Origin: Lawsonibacter faecis
Lineage (GTDB): Bacteria > Bacillota > Clostridia > Oscillospirales > Oscillospiraceae
DNA: 64,000 nucleotides
NCBI RefSeq assembly: GCF_014287675.1
Contig: NZ_JACOPQ010000002.1
Coordinates: 168,649 to 232,648 of the forward strand
Reading direction: 5' to 3'
The translations under genes and the position numbers were made by a program. Each line of letters opens with the position of its first letter. Within the stretch, counting starts at the first letter, position 1. Below are positions 10,215 to 19,091 of the stretch, one piece after another. A model generated the notes under the pieces. That model was not told the origin of the DNA. It did not search any database and saw only the letters and a list, made by a program, of their open reading frames with translations.

Positions 10215-11540
10215 CTACACCCTTCCCTCCCCGGGCAGCTCCACCACAAAGGTCGCGCCGCCGCCCGGAGTATCCTCCGCGCGGATGGTCCCGCCGTGGA
10301 GGGAGATGATCTCCCGGGCGATGCACAGCCCCAGTCCGTAGTGCTCACGGTCGGTCCGGGCGCGGTCGGTCCGGTAGAACCGCTCGAAGACCCGCTCCTT
10401 CTCCCCGTCCGGGATGCCGGGGCCGGTGTCCGCCACGGTGAAGCGCACGCCGCTCCCCGCCCGCTCCACGCCCATCCCCAGGCTGCCGCCCGCCGGCGTA
10501 TAGGAAAGGCCGTTGTCCGTCAGAACGGTGAGCGCCTGGACCATCCGCTGCCGGTCCCACCGGAAGCGCCCCAGCGCCTTTTCGGGCAGCGCCACCGCCA
10601 GGCGGACGCCCTTCTCCCGGGCCGCGTGCTCGAAGCCCTCCGCCACGTCCAGCAGCAGGGTCTCCGGCTCCGCGTCCTCCAGGTACATGGTCCAGCTCCC
10701 GCTGTCGGCGTTGGCCAGGGCCAGCATATCCCCCACCAGGCGGGACATCCGCATACACTCGCCGTCCGCGAGCTGCGTAAAGTGCTCCGCCTTTTCAGGC
10801 GCAGCATCCTTCAGCGCCGACAGGCTGGCATGAATCACCGCCAGGGGCGAGCGCAGCTCATGGGAGGCCGCGGCGATAAACTCATTCTGCCGCCGCCTGC
10901 TCTCCGCCAGGGGACGGACGGCCCGCCCGGTGAAATACCACGCGAACAACGCCAGCAGCACCAGCGCCGCCAGGGTGAAGGCCCCAAAGGCCGTCCGCTG
11001 AACGGCGAGCTCCCGCTCCTCCTCCGCCATGGACTGGATGACCAGCGCCCCAATCCAACCCTTCTCCTGGGGGACCTTAGCCACGGCCGCCCGATAGCGC
11101 GCGAGCCCGCCGTCCTCAAAAAAGAAGGCGGTCTGGTCCGGCTGGCAGCGCAGATCCGGCTCCAGGCTCAGGTCGACGCCGTAGCCCTGCCACGCCGCCG
11201 CCCTGGCCCGCTCCACCAGCTCCCGCCGCCCGCCGCCGTCCGCCGCCGCGTAGAGGATGGGCTGTCCGGAGAGCTCCAGGTAGAGGGTCAGGTTCCCGCC
11301 CGCCTCCGTCTGGGAGATCCAGGTGTGGTCCACCACGGTCTGGCTGCGCAGGTGGTACAAAATGGCGTTCACGTCGCTCTGAAAGGCCGCCTCCGCCTTG
11401 GCGGTCAGCTGAATCTGGCTCACGGCCAGGGCCGCGCCGGACATGCCCAGGACAATCACCCCCGTGGCGGCGATGCAGAGGACCGTCAGCCGGAGGCGGA
11501 GGCGGCGGAAAAGGGCCTCCTCTCCCCCGTGCTCAGCCAT
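10215..11540 (-). CDS. Sensor histidine kinase (HisKA + HATPase_c), two transmembrane segments
   Basis: H-box ASHELRSPLAV; N/G boxes DTGPGIPDGEKERVFERFYR and GLGLCIAREII; its start overlaps the response-regulator stop by 8 nt. Confidence 0.9.
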   Translation of the reverse strand: MAEHGGEEALFRRLRLRLTVLCIAATGVIVLGMSGAALAVSQIQLTAKAEAAFQSDVNAILYHLRSQTVVDHTWISQTEAGGNLTLYLELSGQPILYAAADGGGRRELVERARAAAWQGYGVDLSLEPDLRCQPDQTAFFFEDGGLARYRAAVAKVPQEKGWIGALVIQSMAEEERELAVQRTAFGAFTLAALVLLALFAWYFTGRAVRPLAESRRRQNEFIAAASHELRSPLAVIHASLSALKDAAPEKAEHFTQLADGECMRMSRLVGDMLALANADSGSWTMYLEDAEPETLLLDVAEGFEHAAREKGVRLAVALPEKALGRFRWDRQRMVQALTVLTDNGLSYTPAGGSLGMGVERAGSGVRFTVADTGPGIPDGEKERVFERFYRTDRARTDREHYGLGLCIAREIISLHGGTIRAEDTPGGGATFVVELPGEGRV

Positions 11541-12213
11541 CGGCCTGCTCCAGGCGGTAGCCCACGCCCCGGACTGTTTTGACCTCCAGGCCGCCCCCCA
11601 CCTGATTCAGGCGGCGGCGGAGAAAGTAGACGTAGTTGTCCAAATTCCCCTCCTCCACCGGCGCGTCGGGCCCCCAGACCCGGGAGAGGAGCACGCTCCG
11701 TGGGAGGGTCTGGCCGGGATTGCGAAGCAAAGCCTCCATCAGGTCCCCCTCCCGGTGGGAGAGGGAGCACTCCCCCGCCGGACCGCTCAGAATGCGCTGG
11801 GCCGGGTCGAAGGTCACCCGGCCCAGGCGGAGCCGGGCGGCGCTCTCCCAGCCCCGGGGCCGCCGGCCCATGGCCCGGATGCGGGCGATCAGCTCCTCCA
11901 TGGCGAAGGGCTTGACCAGATAGTCGTCCGCCCCGGCCTCCAGCCCCTCCACCCGGTTGGCCACCGTGTCCAGGGCGGTGACAATCAGCACGGGGGTGGC
12001 AATGCCGTCGGCGCGCATCCGGCTGAGGACGGTGGTGCCGCTCATGGTGGGAAGCATCCGGTCCAGGATGACGAGGTCGTGGGCCTGCTGGCGGATCCAG
12101 CGCAGGCCGTCGTCCCCGTCGCTGCACACGTCCACGGTGAAGCCCTCCCGCTCCAGCTGGTAGCACACCGCCTCGCACAGCTTTCTGTCGTCCTCTACCA
12201 TTAAAATCCGCAT
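11533..12213 (-). CDS. OmpR-family response regulator
   Basis: MRILMVEDD receiver domain plus a winged-helix C-terminus (VGYRL). Start set at the internal Met of ORF 11533..12303. Confidence 0.9.
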   Translation of the reverse strand: MRILMVEDDRKLCEAVCYQLEREGFTVDVCSDGDDGLRWIRQQAHDLVILDRMLPTMSGTTVLSRMRADGIATPVLIVTALDTVANRVEGLEAGADDYLVKPFAMEELIARIRAMGRRPRGWESAARLRLGRVTFDPAQRILSGPAGECSLSHREGDLMEALLRNPGQTLPRSVLLSRVWGPDAPVEEGNLDNYVYFLRRRLNQVGGGLEVKTVRGVGYRLEQADG

Positions 12214-12487
12214 CGCCGCCACCTCCCGATTATGGTATGATTGTACCACAGTTATCTCTAAATTGTCTAAAAACCCGCCGCCCTCCCGCCCCGTCCTGTT
12301 CATAAAATCGAAAGAATCTTTCGAGGAAGGCTTAGAGATTTCCCTGCTATGCTCTATCCATCACATCGGCGCGGGCGGGAAAGCCCAAAGGACAATCACG
12401 CAGGGGCGGGAGCGGGCGGCACTGCGTTCTGCGCTCACCACCGTCTTAAGCGGTAAACTCTCCGCGTCATATTGGAGGCATTTTGAA

Positions 12488-14737
12488 ATGAAACCACACC
12501 TCAAGCGTCTCATTGCGCTCACGCTGGCCCTGGCCCTGCTTGGGGTCTCCGGCTGCACGGCCGGAGACCCCAAGTCCACCGCCCCCGCCATGGGCCGCTA
12601 TGTGGAGACCCCGGCGGCCCTGCCCGCCGACTTCGCCATGGTCCTGGGCCTCCACGCCGCCGACGACGGCTCCATCGAGCTGCTGGGCTACCCCCGCCCC
12701 ACCGACGGCAGCGGGCACATCTACCTGCGCGCCTACCGCTCCGCCGACGGCGGCTCCACCTGGACCGAGGAGCAGCACGCCTGGATTGACGACCTCAACC
12801 GGGACGACAATATCTACGCTCCCGAGACCGTGGCCTGGGACGGAGACGGCACGCTCTACTTCTACCTCAACATCTACTCCGAGGACGGCGAGAACGGCGA
12901 GTGCTTCGCCCGGCTGGACGGCGAGACGATGGTCCTCTACGACGGCGCGGTTCCCGCCTCCTCCGACGGCTCCGGCATCACCGGCTTCCAGGTGGCGGAA
13001 AACGGCGACTTCATCCTGGACTGCTGGACCGAATTTATCCAGGTGGACCCGGCCACGGGGTCCGTGAAGAACGTCTACACCGCCCCCACCGCCGACGGCG
13101 GCAGCTGGAACGACGGCTATGCCGTCAGCGGCAATACCCTGGCGGTCTCCGAGGCCGGGCGCATCGTCTTCTACGACCTGACCACCGGCAGGGAGACCGG
13201 CTCCCTCCCCGCCCAGGTCCCGCCCGTCGACACCTACGACGGCAATAAGTACCGGGTGATGTCCTACGGGTCCGACGGCTCCCTCTACTTCGCCGACCCC
13301 AAGGGCCTCTACCGCGCCGTGGACGGCAGCGACACCCTGGAGCGGCTGGCCGACGGCGCGCTCACCTCCCTCTCCACCCCCTCCATCTCCCGGATGGGCC
13401 TGGCGGTCCCCGACGGCGGCAGCTATCTGGTGCTGGGCTGGAGCAACCGGGAGTGGCTGCTCTACTCCTACGCCTACGACCCCGACGTACCCACCCTGCC
13501 AGACACGGAGCTGACCATCTACTCCCTGGAGGAGGACCCCCTCATCCTCCAGGCCATCTCCGCCTTCCAGGCCACCGACCCCGGCGTCCACGTCACCTAT
13601 CAGACCGGCATCCCCGCCGACGGCTCCGTCACCCGGGACGACGCCGTCCGGGCGCTGAACACCCAGCTTGTGGCGGGCAAGGGGCCGGACGTGCTGGTGC
13701 TGGACGGCCTGCCCATGGACTCCTACATCGACAAGGCCGTACTGGCCGACCTCTCCGCCCCGCTGGAGGAGCTGAGCGCGGCGGGCGGGCTGCTCACCAA
13801 CATCACCGTCTCCCTCGCCCGGCCCGGCGGCGAAATTTACGCCGTCCCCGCCCAGTTCCAGGTGCCCATGCTCCACGGGTCCGACGACGCCATGGGCGCC
13901 ATTCACGACCTCGCCTCCATGGCCGACTGGCTGGAGTCCAACAAGCCCTCCTTCCGCACTCCCTTTATCTTCGACTCCTCCAGAAACTACCTCAGCGTCC
14001 TCTACCCCGTCTGCGCCGCCTCCCTCCAGGACGGCGGGGGCAGGATGGACCGGGAAAAGCTCTCCGGCTTCCTGGAGCAGATCAAGCGCATCACCGACCT
14101 GCGGGACGACCCGGAGGAGGCGGAGTCGGAGAACGACTTCACCACCGACTTCGACTTCGGCCCCCTGGGCTGGACCGCCGGCTACAACGGCCTGGACTTG
14201 GGCAACCTCATCCATTTCCAGGGCCTCTACGCCGCCTGGACCGCCAGCGACGCCGCCGGGGACGGCAGTACGGACACACTCTTCGGCGGGGGCTCCTTCC
14301 TCCCCGTCACCATGCTGGGGGTCTCCGCCCAGTCGGGGCAGCAGGACCTGGCCTGGCGCTTCATCGAGGCCGCCCTCTCGGACGAGGTCCAGGGCAAGGC
14401 GGTGGGCAGGGGCATCCCCGTCTCCGCCGCCGCCTTCGAGGCCTCCACCCAGGACACCAAGGAGCGCACCGACGGCGTCTTCTCCACCTACGGCACCACC
14501 TTCTATGACGCGGAGGGGGCCACCGTCCCCGTCAACATGGCGGTCCTCTATCCCCCCGAGGAATACCGGGCGGCGATGGCGGAGCGGCTCAAGGCCCTGG
14601 ACAGCCCCATTCTCTACGACGAGACGGTGCTCGAGATCATCGTCGACGAGACCCGGGACTGCTGGAGCGGAAAGACCGGCCTGGATGCCGCCGTCAGCGC
14701 CATTATGGAGAAGCTTAAGCTCTACGAGGCGGAGTAG
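12488..14737 (+). CDS. Lipoprotein with N-terminal BNR/Asp-box repeats and a C-terminal extracellular solute-binding (SBP_bac_1-like) domain
   Basis: Lipobox LALLGVSGC after MKPHLKRLIALTLA; RBS ggagg 9 nt upstream. SxDxGxTW-type repeat (SADGGSTWT). C-terminal half is SBP-like (TIYSLEEDPLILQAISAFQATDPGVHVTY...GKGPDVLVLDG). Divergent from the two-component system. Confidence 0.7.
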   Translation: MKPHLKRLIALTLALALLGVSGCTAGDPKSTAPAMGRYVETPAALPADFAMVLGLHAADDGSIELLGYPRPTDGSGHIYLRAYRSADGGSTWTEEQHAWIDDLNRDDNIYAPETVAWDGDGTLYFYLNIYSEDGENGECFARLDGETMVLYDGAVPASSDGSGITGFQVAENGDFILDCWTEFIQVDPATGSVKNVYTAPTADGGSWNDGYAVSGNTLAVSEAGRIVFYDLTTGRETGSLPAQVPPVDTYDGNKYRVMSYGSDGSLYFADPKGLYRAVDGSDTLERLADGALTSLSTPSISRMGLAVPDGGSYLVLGWSNREWLLYSYAYDPDVPTLPDTELTIYSLEEDPLILQAISAFQATDPGVHVTYQTGIPADGSVTRDDAVRALNTQLVAGKGPDVLVLDGLPMDSYIDKAVLADLSAPLEELSAAGGLLTNITVSLARPGGEIYAVPAQFQVPMLHGSDDAMGAIHDLASMADWLESNKPSFRTPFIFDSSRNYLSVLYPVCAASLQDGGGRMDREKLSGFLEQIKRITDLRDDPEEAESENDFTTDFDFGPLGWTAGYNGLDLGNLIHFQGLYAAWTASDAAGDGSTDTLFGGGSFLPVTMLGVSAQSGQQDLAWRFIEAALSDEVQGKAVGRGIPVSAAAFEASTQDTKERTDGVFSTYGTTFYDAEGATVPVNMAVLYPPEEYRAAMAERLKALDSPILYDETVLEIIVDETRDCWSGKTGLDAAVSAIMEKLKLYEAE

Positions 14738-14751
14738 CTCAAAACCCAAAA

Positions 14752-14798
14752 GGCCCCGCCGCAGAATGAAAATTTCATTCTGCGGCGGGGCCTTTTAC
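14752..14798. terminator. Bidirectional rho-independent terminator between the convergent lipoprotein and folT genes
   Basis: ggccccgccgcagaatgaaaatttcattctgcggcggggcc perfect stem followed by a T-run. Confidence 0.8.
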
Positions 14799-14835
14799 CC
14801 CTTCATCCGCGGCGCAGGGGGCGTTTCCCACGCCC

Positions 14836-15354
14836 TCAGGCGTGCTGCGCCCTGCGCAGATACAGCGTGACCGGGTGCTGCATGAGGCGCAGGACGATAA
14901 ACTGGATGGGGATCATAATGAGGTTCTGCACAATCCGGGTGGGCAGAAGGGCCAGGAAGGGGCTGCCCGTCAGGATGGTGAGCCAGTAGGTGGACAGGCA
15001 CAGGCTGATGCCCAGGCAGTTGACCGCCACGGCCAGCGCCAGCCGGGGCCAGGCGGCCCTCTCCCTGTGGAGGAGCAGGCCGAAGACCACGCCGGTCAGG
15101 ACGGCGGAGAGGGTAAACCCGGGGAAATAGGCCCCGATGGGGAACAGCACCGCCCCCAGCAGATCGGCCGCGCCCCCGGCCACGCCGGCCCACACGGGGC
15201 CGTACAGCATGCCGCACACGGCGATGGGCACGAAGCCGAAGCCGATTTTGACGATGGGCGTGGCGATGGAACAGAAGCGGGAGAGGACGATTTCAATTGC
15301 AATCAGAGCGGCCACCTGTACCATGGCCCGGACATCCAGTTTCAACCTTTTCAA
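14836..15354 (-). CDS. folT: ECF transporter S component, folate family (FolT-like)
   Basis: Multi-TM roughly 175-aa protein immediately downstream of folC and under a THF riboswitch. The annotated GTG overlaps the RBS gaggagg, so a TTG 9 nt after the RBS was chosen; alternative starts are 15372 and 15324. Confidence 0.7.
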   Translation of the reverse strand: MKRLKLDVRAMVQVAALIAIEIVLSRFCSIATPIVKIGFGFVPIAVCGMLYGPVWAGVAGGAADLLGAVLFPIGAYFPGFTLSAVLTGVVFGLLLHRERAAWPRLALAVAVNCLGISLCLSTYWLTILTGSPFLALLPTRIVQNLIMIPIQFIVLRLMQHPVTLYLRRAQHA

Positions 15355-15385
15355 TCCGATATTCCTCCTCACAAGAGCGTATCAG

Positions 15386-16693
15386 TCAATACTCGCGGCC
15401 AAAGCAGGCGCGGACGGTCCCCGTCATGTAGAGGGAGCCCAAAGCGCAGACGAGGCCCTCCGGCCCCGCCGCCTCCCGCGCCGCGGCCACCCCCTCGGGG
15501 ACGCTGCCGCACACGCGCACGGGCAGGCCGCAGCCCCTCAGACAGTCCGCCAGCGCCTGGGCCGGTAGGGCGCGCGGATTCTCGGGCGCGACGGCCACGA
15601 AGCCCGCAGCCCTGGACGCCACCTGCTCAATCAGCCCCGCGTAGTCCTTGTCGGCCAGCACGCCCAGGAGGAAAACCGCCTTCTCCCCCGGGAAATAAGT
15701 ATCCAGATTGGCGGCCACCGTCCCCGCGCACTGGGGATTGTGTCCCCCGTCCACAACGAACCAGGGGGCTTCCCCCAGGATCTCAAACCGGCCGGGCCAG
15801 CGGGTCTCCTCCAGCCCCTGCCGCACCGCCCCGTCCGGAATGGTCCAGCCCCGGCCGCGCAGGGCCAGGACGGTCTCCAGCGCCACGGCGGCGTTGCGCT
15901 GCTGGTGGGCCCCCAGCAGGCCGATGCGCAGATCGCGGAAGGGCCCGTAGTCAAACCGCTGGCCCGCCCGGCTGTCCTCCAGCGTGCGCAGGGCGGAGAA
16001 GTCGGCCACCCGCAGGGGCACGCCCTCGGCCCGGCAGACCGCCGCCGCCACCTCCATCACGGAGGGCTTCTGCTGATACATCACGGCCACGCAGCCGCGC
16101 TTGATGACCGCGGCTTTCTCGGCGGCGATCAGCTCCACGGTGTCCCCCAGCTGCTGGGTGTGGTCCAGGCCGATGTTGGTCACCACCGCCGCCTCAGGCG
16201 GCGGGATGACGTTGGTGGAGTCCAGCCGTCCGCCCAGGCCCGCCTCCAGCACCACCGCGCCGCAGCCGCGGCGCCTGAAGTACTCCAGCGCGATGCAGGT
16301 GACCAGCTCGAACTCGGTGGGGTGGTCCTCCATCCCCTCGGCGTGCCGCCGGACAAAGGCGGCGACCTCCCCCAGCCCGGCGTCGGAGATCTCCTCCCCG
16401 TCCACCCGGATGCGCTCGTGGAAGCGCCGGAGATAGGGCGAGGTGTAAAGCCCCGTCCTCAGCCCCGACGCCCGCAGGATGGACGCCAGCATCGCGGCGG
16501 TGGAGCCCTTGCCGTTGGTGCCGACCACGTGGATGAATTTCAGGCCGCGCTCCGGGTTCCCCATCCGCTCCAGCAGCTCGAAGGTGCGGGAGAGGCCCGG
16601 CCTGCTCCCCAGCCAGTGATAGCTGTGGATGTAGTCGATGGCCTCCGCCCCCGTCATCGGTTCCGGGACCGGTTCTTCTGGTAAAATGGGCAC
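15386..16693 (-). CDS. folC: Bifunctional folylpolyglutamate synthase / dihydrofolate synthase FolC
   Basis: P-loop VVGTNGKGST and Mur-ligase-like core. GTG start preceded by ggagg with 8-nt spacing; ORF table 15386..16882. Confidence 0.88.
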   Translation of the reverse strand: MPILPEEPVPEPMTGAEAIDYIHSYHWLGSRPGLSRTFELLERMGNPERGLKFIHVVGTNGKGSTAAMLASILRASGLRTGLYTSPYLRRFHERIRVDGEEISDAGLGEVAAFVRRHAEGMEDHPTEFELVTCIALEYFRRRGCGAVVLEAGLGGRLDSTNVIPPPEAAVVTNIGLDHTQQLGDTVELIAAEKAAVIKRGCVAVMYQQKPSVMEVAAAVCRAEGVPLRVADFSALRTLEDSRAGQRFDYGPFRDLRIGLLGAHQQRNAAVALETVLALRGRGWTIPDGAVRQGLEETRWPGRFEILGEAPWFVVDGGHNPQCAGTVAANLDTYFPGEKAVFLLGVLADKDYAGLIEQVASRAAGFVAVAPENPRALPAQALADCLRGCGLPVRVCGSVPEGVAAAREAAGPEGLVCALGSLYMTGTVRACFGREY

Positions 16694-16786
16694 AAAAATA
16701 CCTCCTTCTGTTTTTGGCAGCCCGTCGCCCTTTTGATGACGGGAACGCCGCACAGAGGAGGTATTTTTGCAATAGCCCCGGTATGC
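16694..16786 (-). promoter_or_regulatory. Riboswitch expression platform: an anti-SD/SD sequestering helix
   Basis: aaaaatacctcctctg is complementary to cagaaggaggtattttt, the folC RBS; this suggests translational OFF control. Confidence 0.55.
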
Positions 16787-16908
16787 GGCAGCGGGATGCG
16801 GAACACGCACTGCAAGTACTCGGTACTTTTCGTCCGGCGGACAACTCCCCGTCCCGCCGGCACTGGGTCCCTTCCGGGACACTGCACGCGCATTCCTACT
16901 CTGCCTTT
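16787..16908 (-). ncRNA. THF (tetrahydrofolate, folT-motif) riboswitch aptamer in the folC-folT leader
   Basis: Minus strand reads GCAGAGUAGGAAUGCGCGUGCAGUG...GGAAGGGA...GGACGGGGAG...GCGUGUUCCGCAUCCCGCUGCC, matching the conserved THF-riboswitch blocks (AGAGUAG, CGCGU..AGUG, UUCCGCAUCCGCU). The gene context is folC/folT. Confidence 0.75.
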
Positions 16909-16917
16909 GTGAATCGT

Positions 16918-16946
16918 ATTATATATGCATCAAATGCAAAAAGCAA
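16918..16946 (-). promoter_or_regulatory. Sigma-A type promoter for the riboswitch-folC-folT transcript
   Basis: -35 TTGCTT, 17-nt spacer, -10 TATAAT on the minus strand, just upstream of the aptamer. Confidence 0.55.
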
Positions 16947-17051
16947 TAGGAATCAGACGAAAGCATTTCTTTTTTTCAGCTTCCATAAAATTATTTCTGC
17001 ACCATTCAAAACGATTGGAACCTCTGCGGCGCGGTACGGCGCATACGGCCC

Positions 17052-18887
17052 CTACTCCACCGTCACCGACTTGGCAAGGTTCCTGGGCTTATCGATATCG
17101 CACCCGCGCATCAGCGCCACATAGTAGGCGAACAGCTGCATGGGCACCACGTCCAGGGTGGGCAGCAGCATGGGGTGGGTGTCGGGTACGGCGATAACAT
17201 GGTCCACCGTCTTGGCCATCGCCTCCGCATGGGTCCGGGTGGTGAGGCCCAGCACGTCGGCCCCGCGGCTTTTGACCTCCACCACATTGCTCATCAGCTT
17301 CTCGTAGAGCTTGCCGTAGCTGGCCAGGGCCACCACCAGGGTGCCCGGCTCGATGAGGGAGATGGTGCCGTGCTTCAGCTCCCCTGCGGCGTAGGCCTCG
17401 GAGTGGATGTAGGAGATCTCCTTCAGCTTGAGGGAGCCCTCCATGCCCACGGCGTAGTCGATGTTCCGCCCGATGAAGAAGATGGAAGGGTGGTTGAAGT
17501 AGATGGACGCGAAGTACTGCACGTCCTCCCGGTGCTCCAGGATGCTCTCCAGCTTGGCGGGGATGCGCAGCAGCTCGGCCACAATCTCGTCGTACTCCGC
17601 CCGCCCGATGGTCCCCAGCAGATCCGCGAAGCAGAGCCCGATGAGGTACACCAGCGCGAGCTGGGTGGAGTAGGCCTTGGTGGTGGCCACGGCGATCTCC
17701 GGCCCGGCCCAGGTGTAGAGCACGTCGTCGCTCTCCCGGGCGATGGTGGAGCCCACCACGTTGACGATGGACAGCACCCTGGCCCCCAGCCTGCGGGCCT
17801 CCCGCAGGGCGGCCAGGGTGTCGATGGTCTCGCCCGACTGGGAGATGACCAGGGCCAGGGTCCTGTGGGTGACGATGGGGTCGCAGTAGCGGAACTCCGA
17901 GGCCAGCGTCACCTCCACATTCTTGCGCAGCAGCCGCTCCAGGGTATACTTGGCCGCCATGCCCACATGGTAGGAGGAGCCGCAGGCGATGATGCACACC
18001 TTATCCAGCCCCTCCAGGTACTCCCTCGTCACCGTCAGCTCGTCCAGCGCCACCCGCCCCTCGTGGATGCGGGGGAAGACGGTCTCCCGGAAGGCCTTGG
18101 GCTGCTCCATGATCTCCTTGGCCATGAAGTGCTCGTACCCGCCCTTCTCCGCGGCGGAGATCTCCCAGTCCACATGGTGCCGCTCCTTTTCGATGGGCTG
18201 GAGGTAGGGGTGGCTCATGACCTGGATGCCGTCCGCGGTGAGGACGGCGATCTCCCCGTCGTCCAGGTAGCAGACCTCCCTGGTGTACTTGATGACGGCG
18301 GTCACGTCGCTGGCGAGGAAGTTGAAGCCCTCCCCCACGCCCAAAATCAGCGGGCTGTCCTTCCGGGCGGCGATGAGCTTGTCCGGGCAGTCCGAGCAGA
18401 CCACCCCCAGCGCATAGGCCCCCTCGATGCGGTGGAGCACCTTGGTCAGCGCCTCCAGAATGTCCCCCCGGTAGTAGTACTCCAGGAGCTGGGCCACCAC
18501 CTCGGTATCGGTCTGGGAGGCGAAGGCCACCCCCCTGGACTGCAGAAATTCCTTAATCTCCACATAGTTTTCAATGATGCCGTTGTGGACCACCGCGATA
18601 TGGCCGCTCCGGCTCACATGGGGGTGGGAATTCACGTCGGAGGGCTCCCCATGGGTGGCCCAGCGCGTGTGGCCCAGGCCCACGGTCCCCCGGACGGCCC
18701 CGCCCCCCTCCACAAGGCCGGACAGCACCCGCAGCCGCCCCTTGGCCTTGACCACCTTCAGCCCCTCGTCCTCAGACCATACGGCGATGCCCGCCGAGTC
18801 ATAGCCGCGGTACTCCAGACGGCTCAAGCCGTCCAGCAGAATGGGGGCGGCCTCCTCCCTGCCGATGTATCCTACGATTCCGCACAT
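17052..18887 (-). CDS. glmS: Glutamine--fructose-6-phosphate aminotransferase GlmS
   Basis: MCGIVGYIG N-terminal Cys nucleophile, two SIS domains, C-terminal KSVTVE; RBS gggagga. Confidence 0.95.
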   Translation of the reverse strand: MCGIVGYIGREEAAPILLDGLSRLEYRGYDSAGIAVWSEDEGLKVVKAKGRLRVLSGLVEGGGAVRGTVGLGHTRWATHGEPSDVNSHPHVSRSGHIAVVHNGIIENYVEIKEFLQSRGVAFASQTDTEVVAQLLEYYYRGDILEALTKVLHRIEGAYALGVVCSDCPDKLIAARKDSPLILGVGEGFNFLASDVTAVIKYTREVCYLDDGEIAVLTADGIQVMSHPYLQPIEKERHHVDWEISAAEKGGYEHFMAKEIMEQPKAFRETVFPRIHEGRVALDELTVTREYLEGLDKVCIIACGSSYHVGMAAKYTLERLLRKNVEVTLASEFRYCDPIVTHRTLALVISQSGETIDTLAALREARRLGARVLSIVNVVGSTIARESDDVLYTWAGPEIAVATTKAYSTQLALVYLIGLCFADLLGTIGRAEYDEIVAELLRIPAKLESILEHREDVQYFASIYFNHPSIFFIGRNIDYAVGMEGSLKLKEISYIHSEAYAAGELKHGTISLIEPGTLVVALASYGKLYEKLMSNVVEVKSRGADVLGLTTRTHAEAMAKTVDHVIAVPDTHPMLLPTLDVVPMQLFAYYVALMRGCDIDKPRNLAKSVTVE

Positions 18888-18920
18888 AGTCTCGTCCTCC
18901 CGGAACTCAGTATGGGTGAT

Positions 18921-18949
18921 ATTATACTTGGTATTAAAAGGAATAACAA
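18921..18949 (-). promoter_or_regulatory. glmS promoter
   Basis: -35 TTGTTA, 17-nt spacer, -10 TATAAT (perfect) on the minus strand, about 35 nt upstream of the glmS ATG. Confidence 0.6.
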
Positions 18950-18953
18950 GGCA

Positions 18954-19063
18954 AAAAAACACAAAAAGAGGGCGGGCAACTGCCCACCCCCTTTGGCGGC
19001 TTTTTTCCGGGCGGCACTCCGTGCCGCGGCAAAACCACAGGTATGCCCGCACAGCGGGCATAC
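18954..19063 (-). terminator. Tandem terminator hairpins downstream of hprK
   Basis: gtatgcccgc-tgtg-cgggcatac + ctgtggtttt; gcggcac-ggag-tgccgc; gggtgggcagttgcccgccc + tctttttgtgttttttt. Confidence 0.6.
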
Positions 19064-19091
19064 GCCGCAAAAAACAGCGTGAAACGCCGAT

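Noticed and set aside
18888-19091. Expected glmS ribozyme upstream of glmS
   Set aside because: The leader downstream of a clear TTGTTA-17-TATAAT promoter is only about 30 nt. The upstream hairpins are simple stems with U-runs and lack the conserved glmS core sequences.
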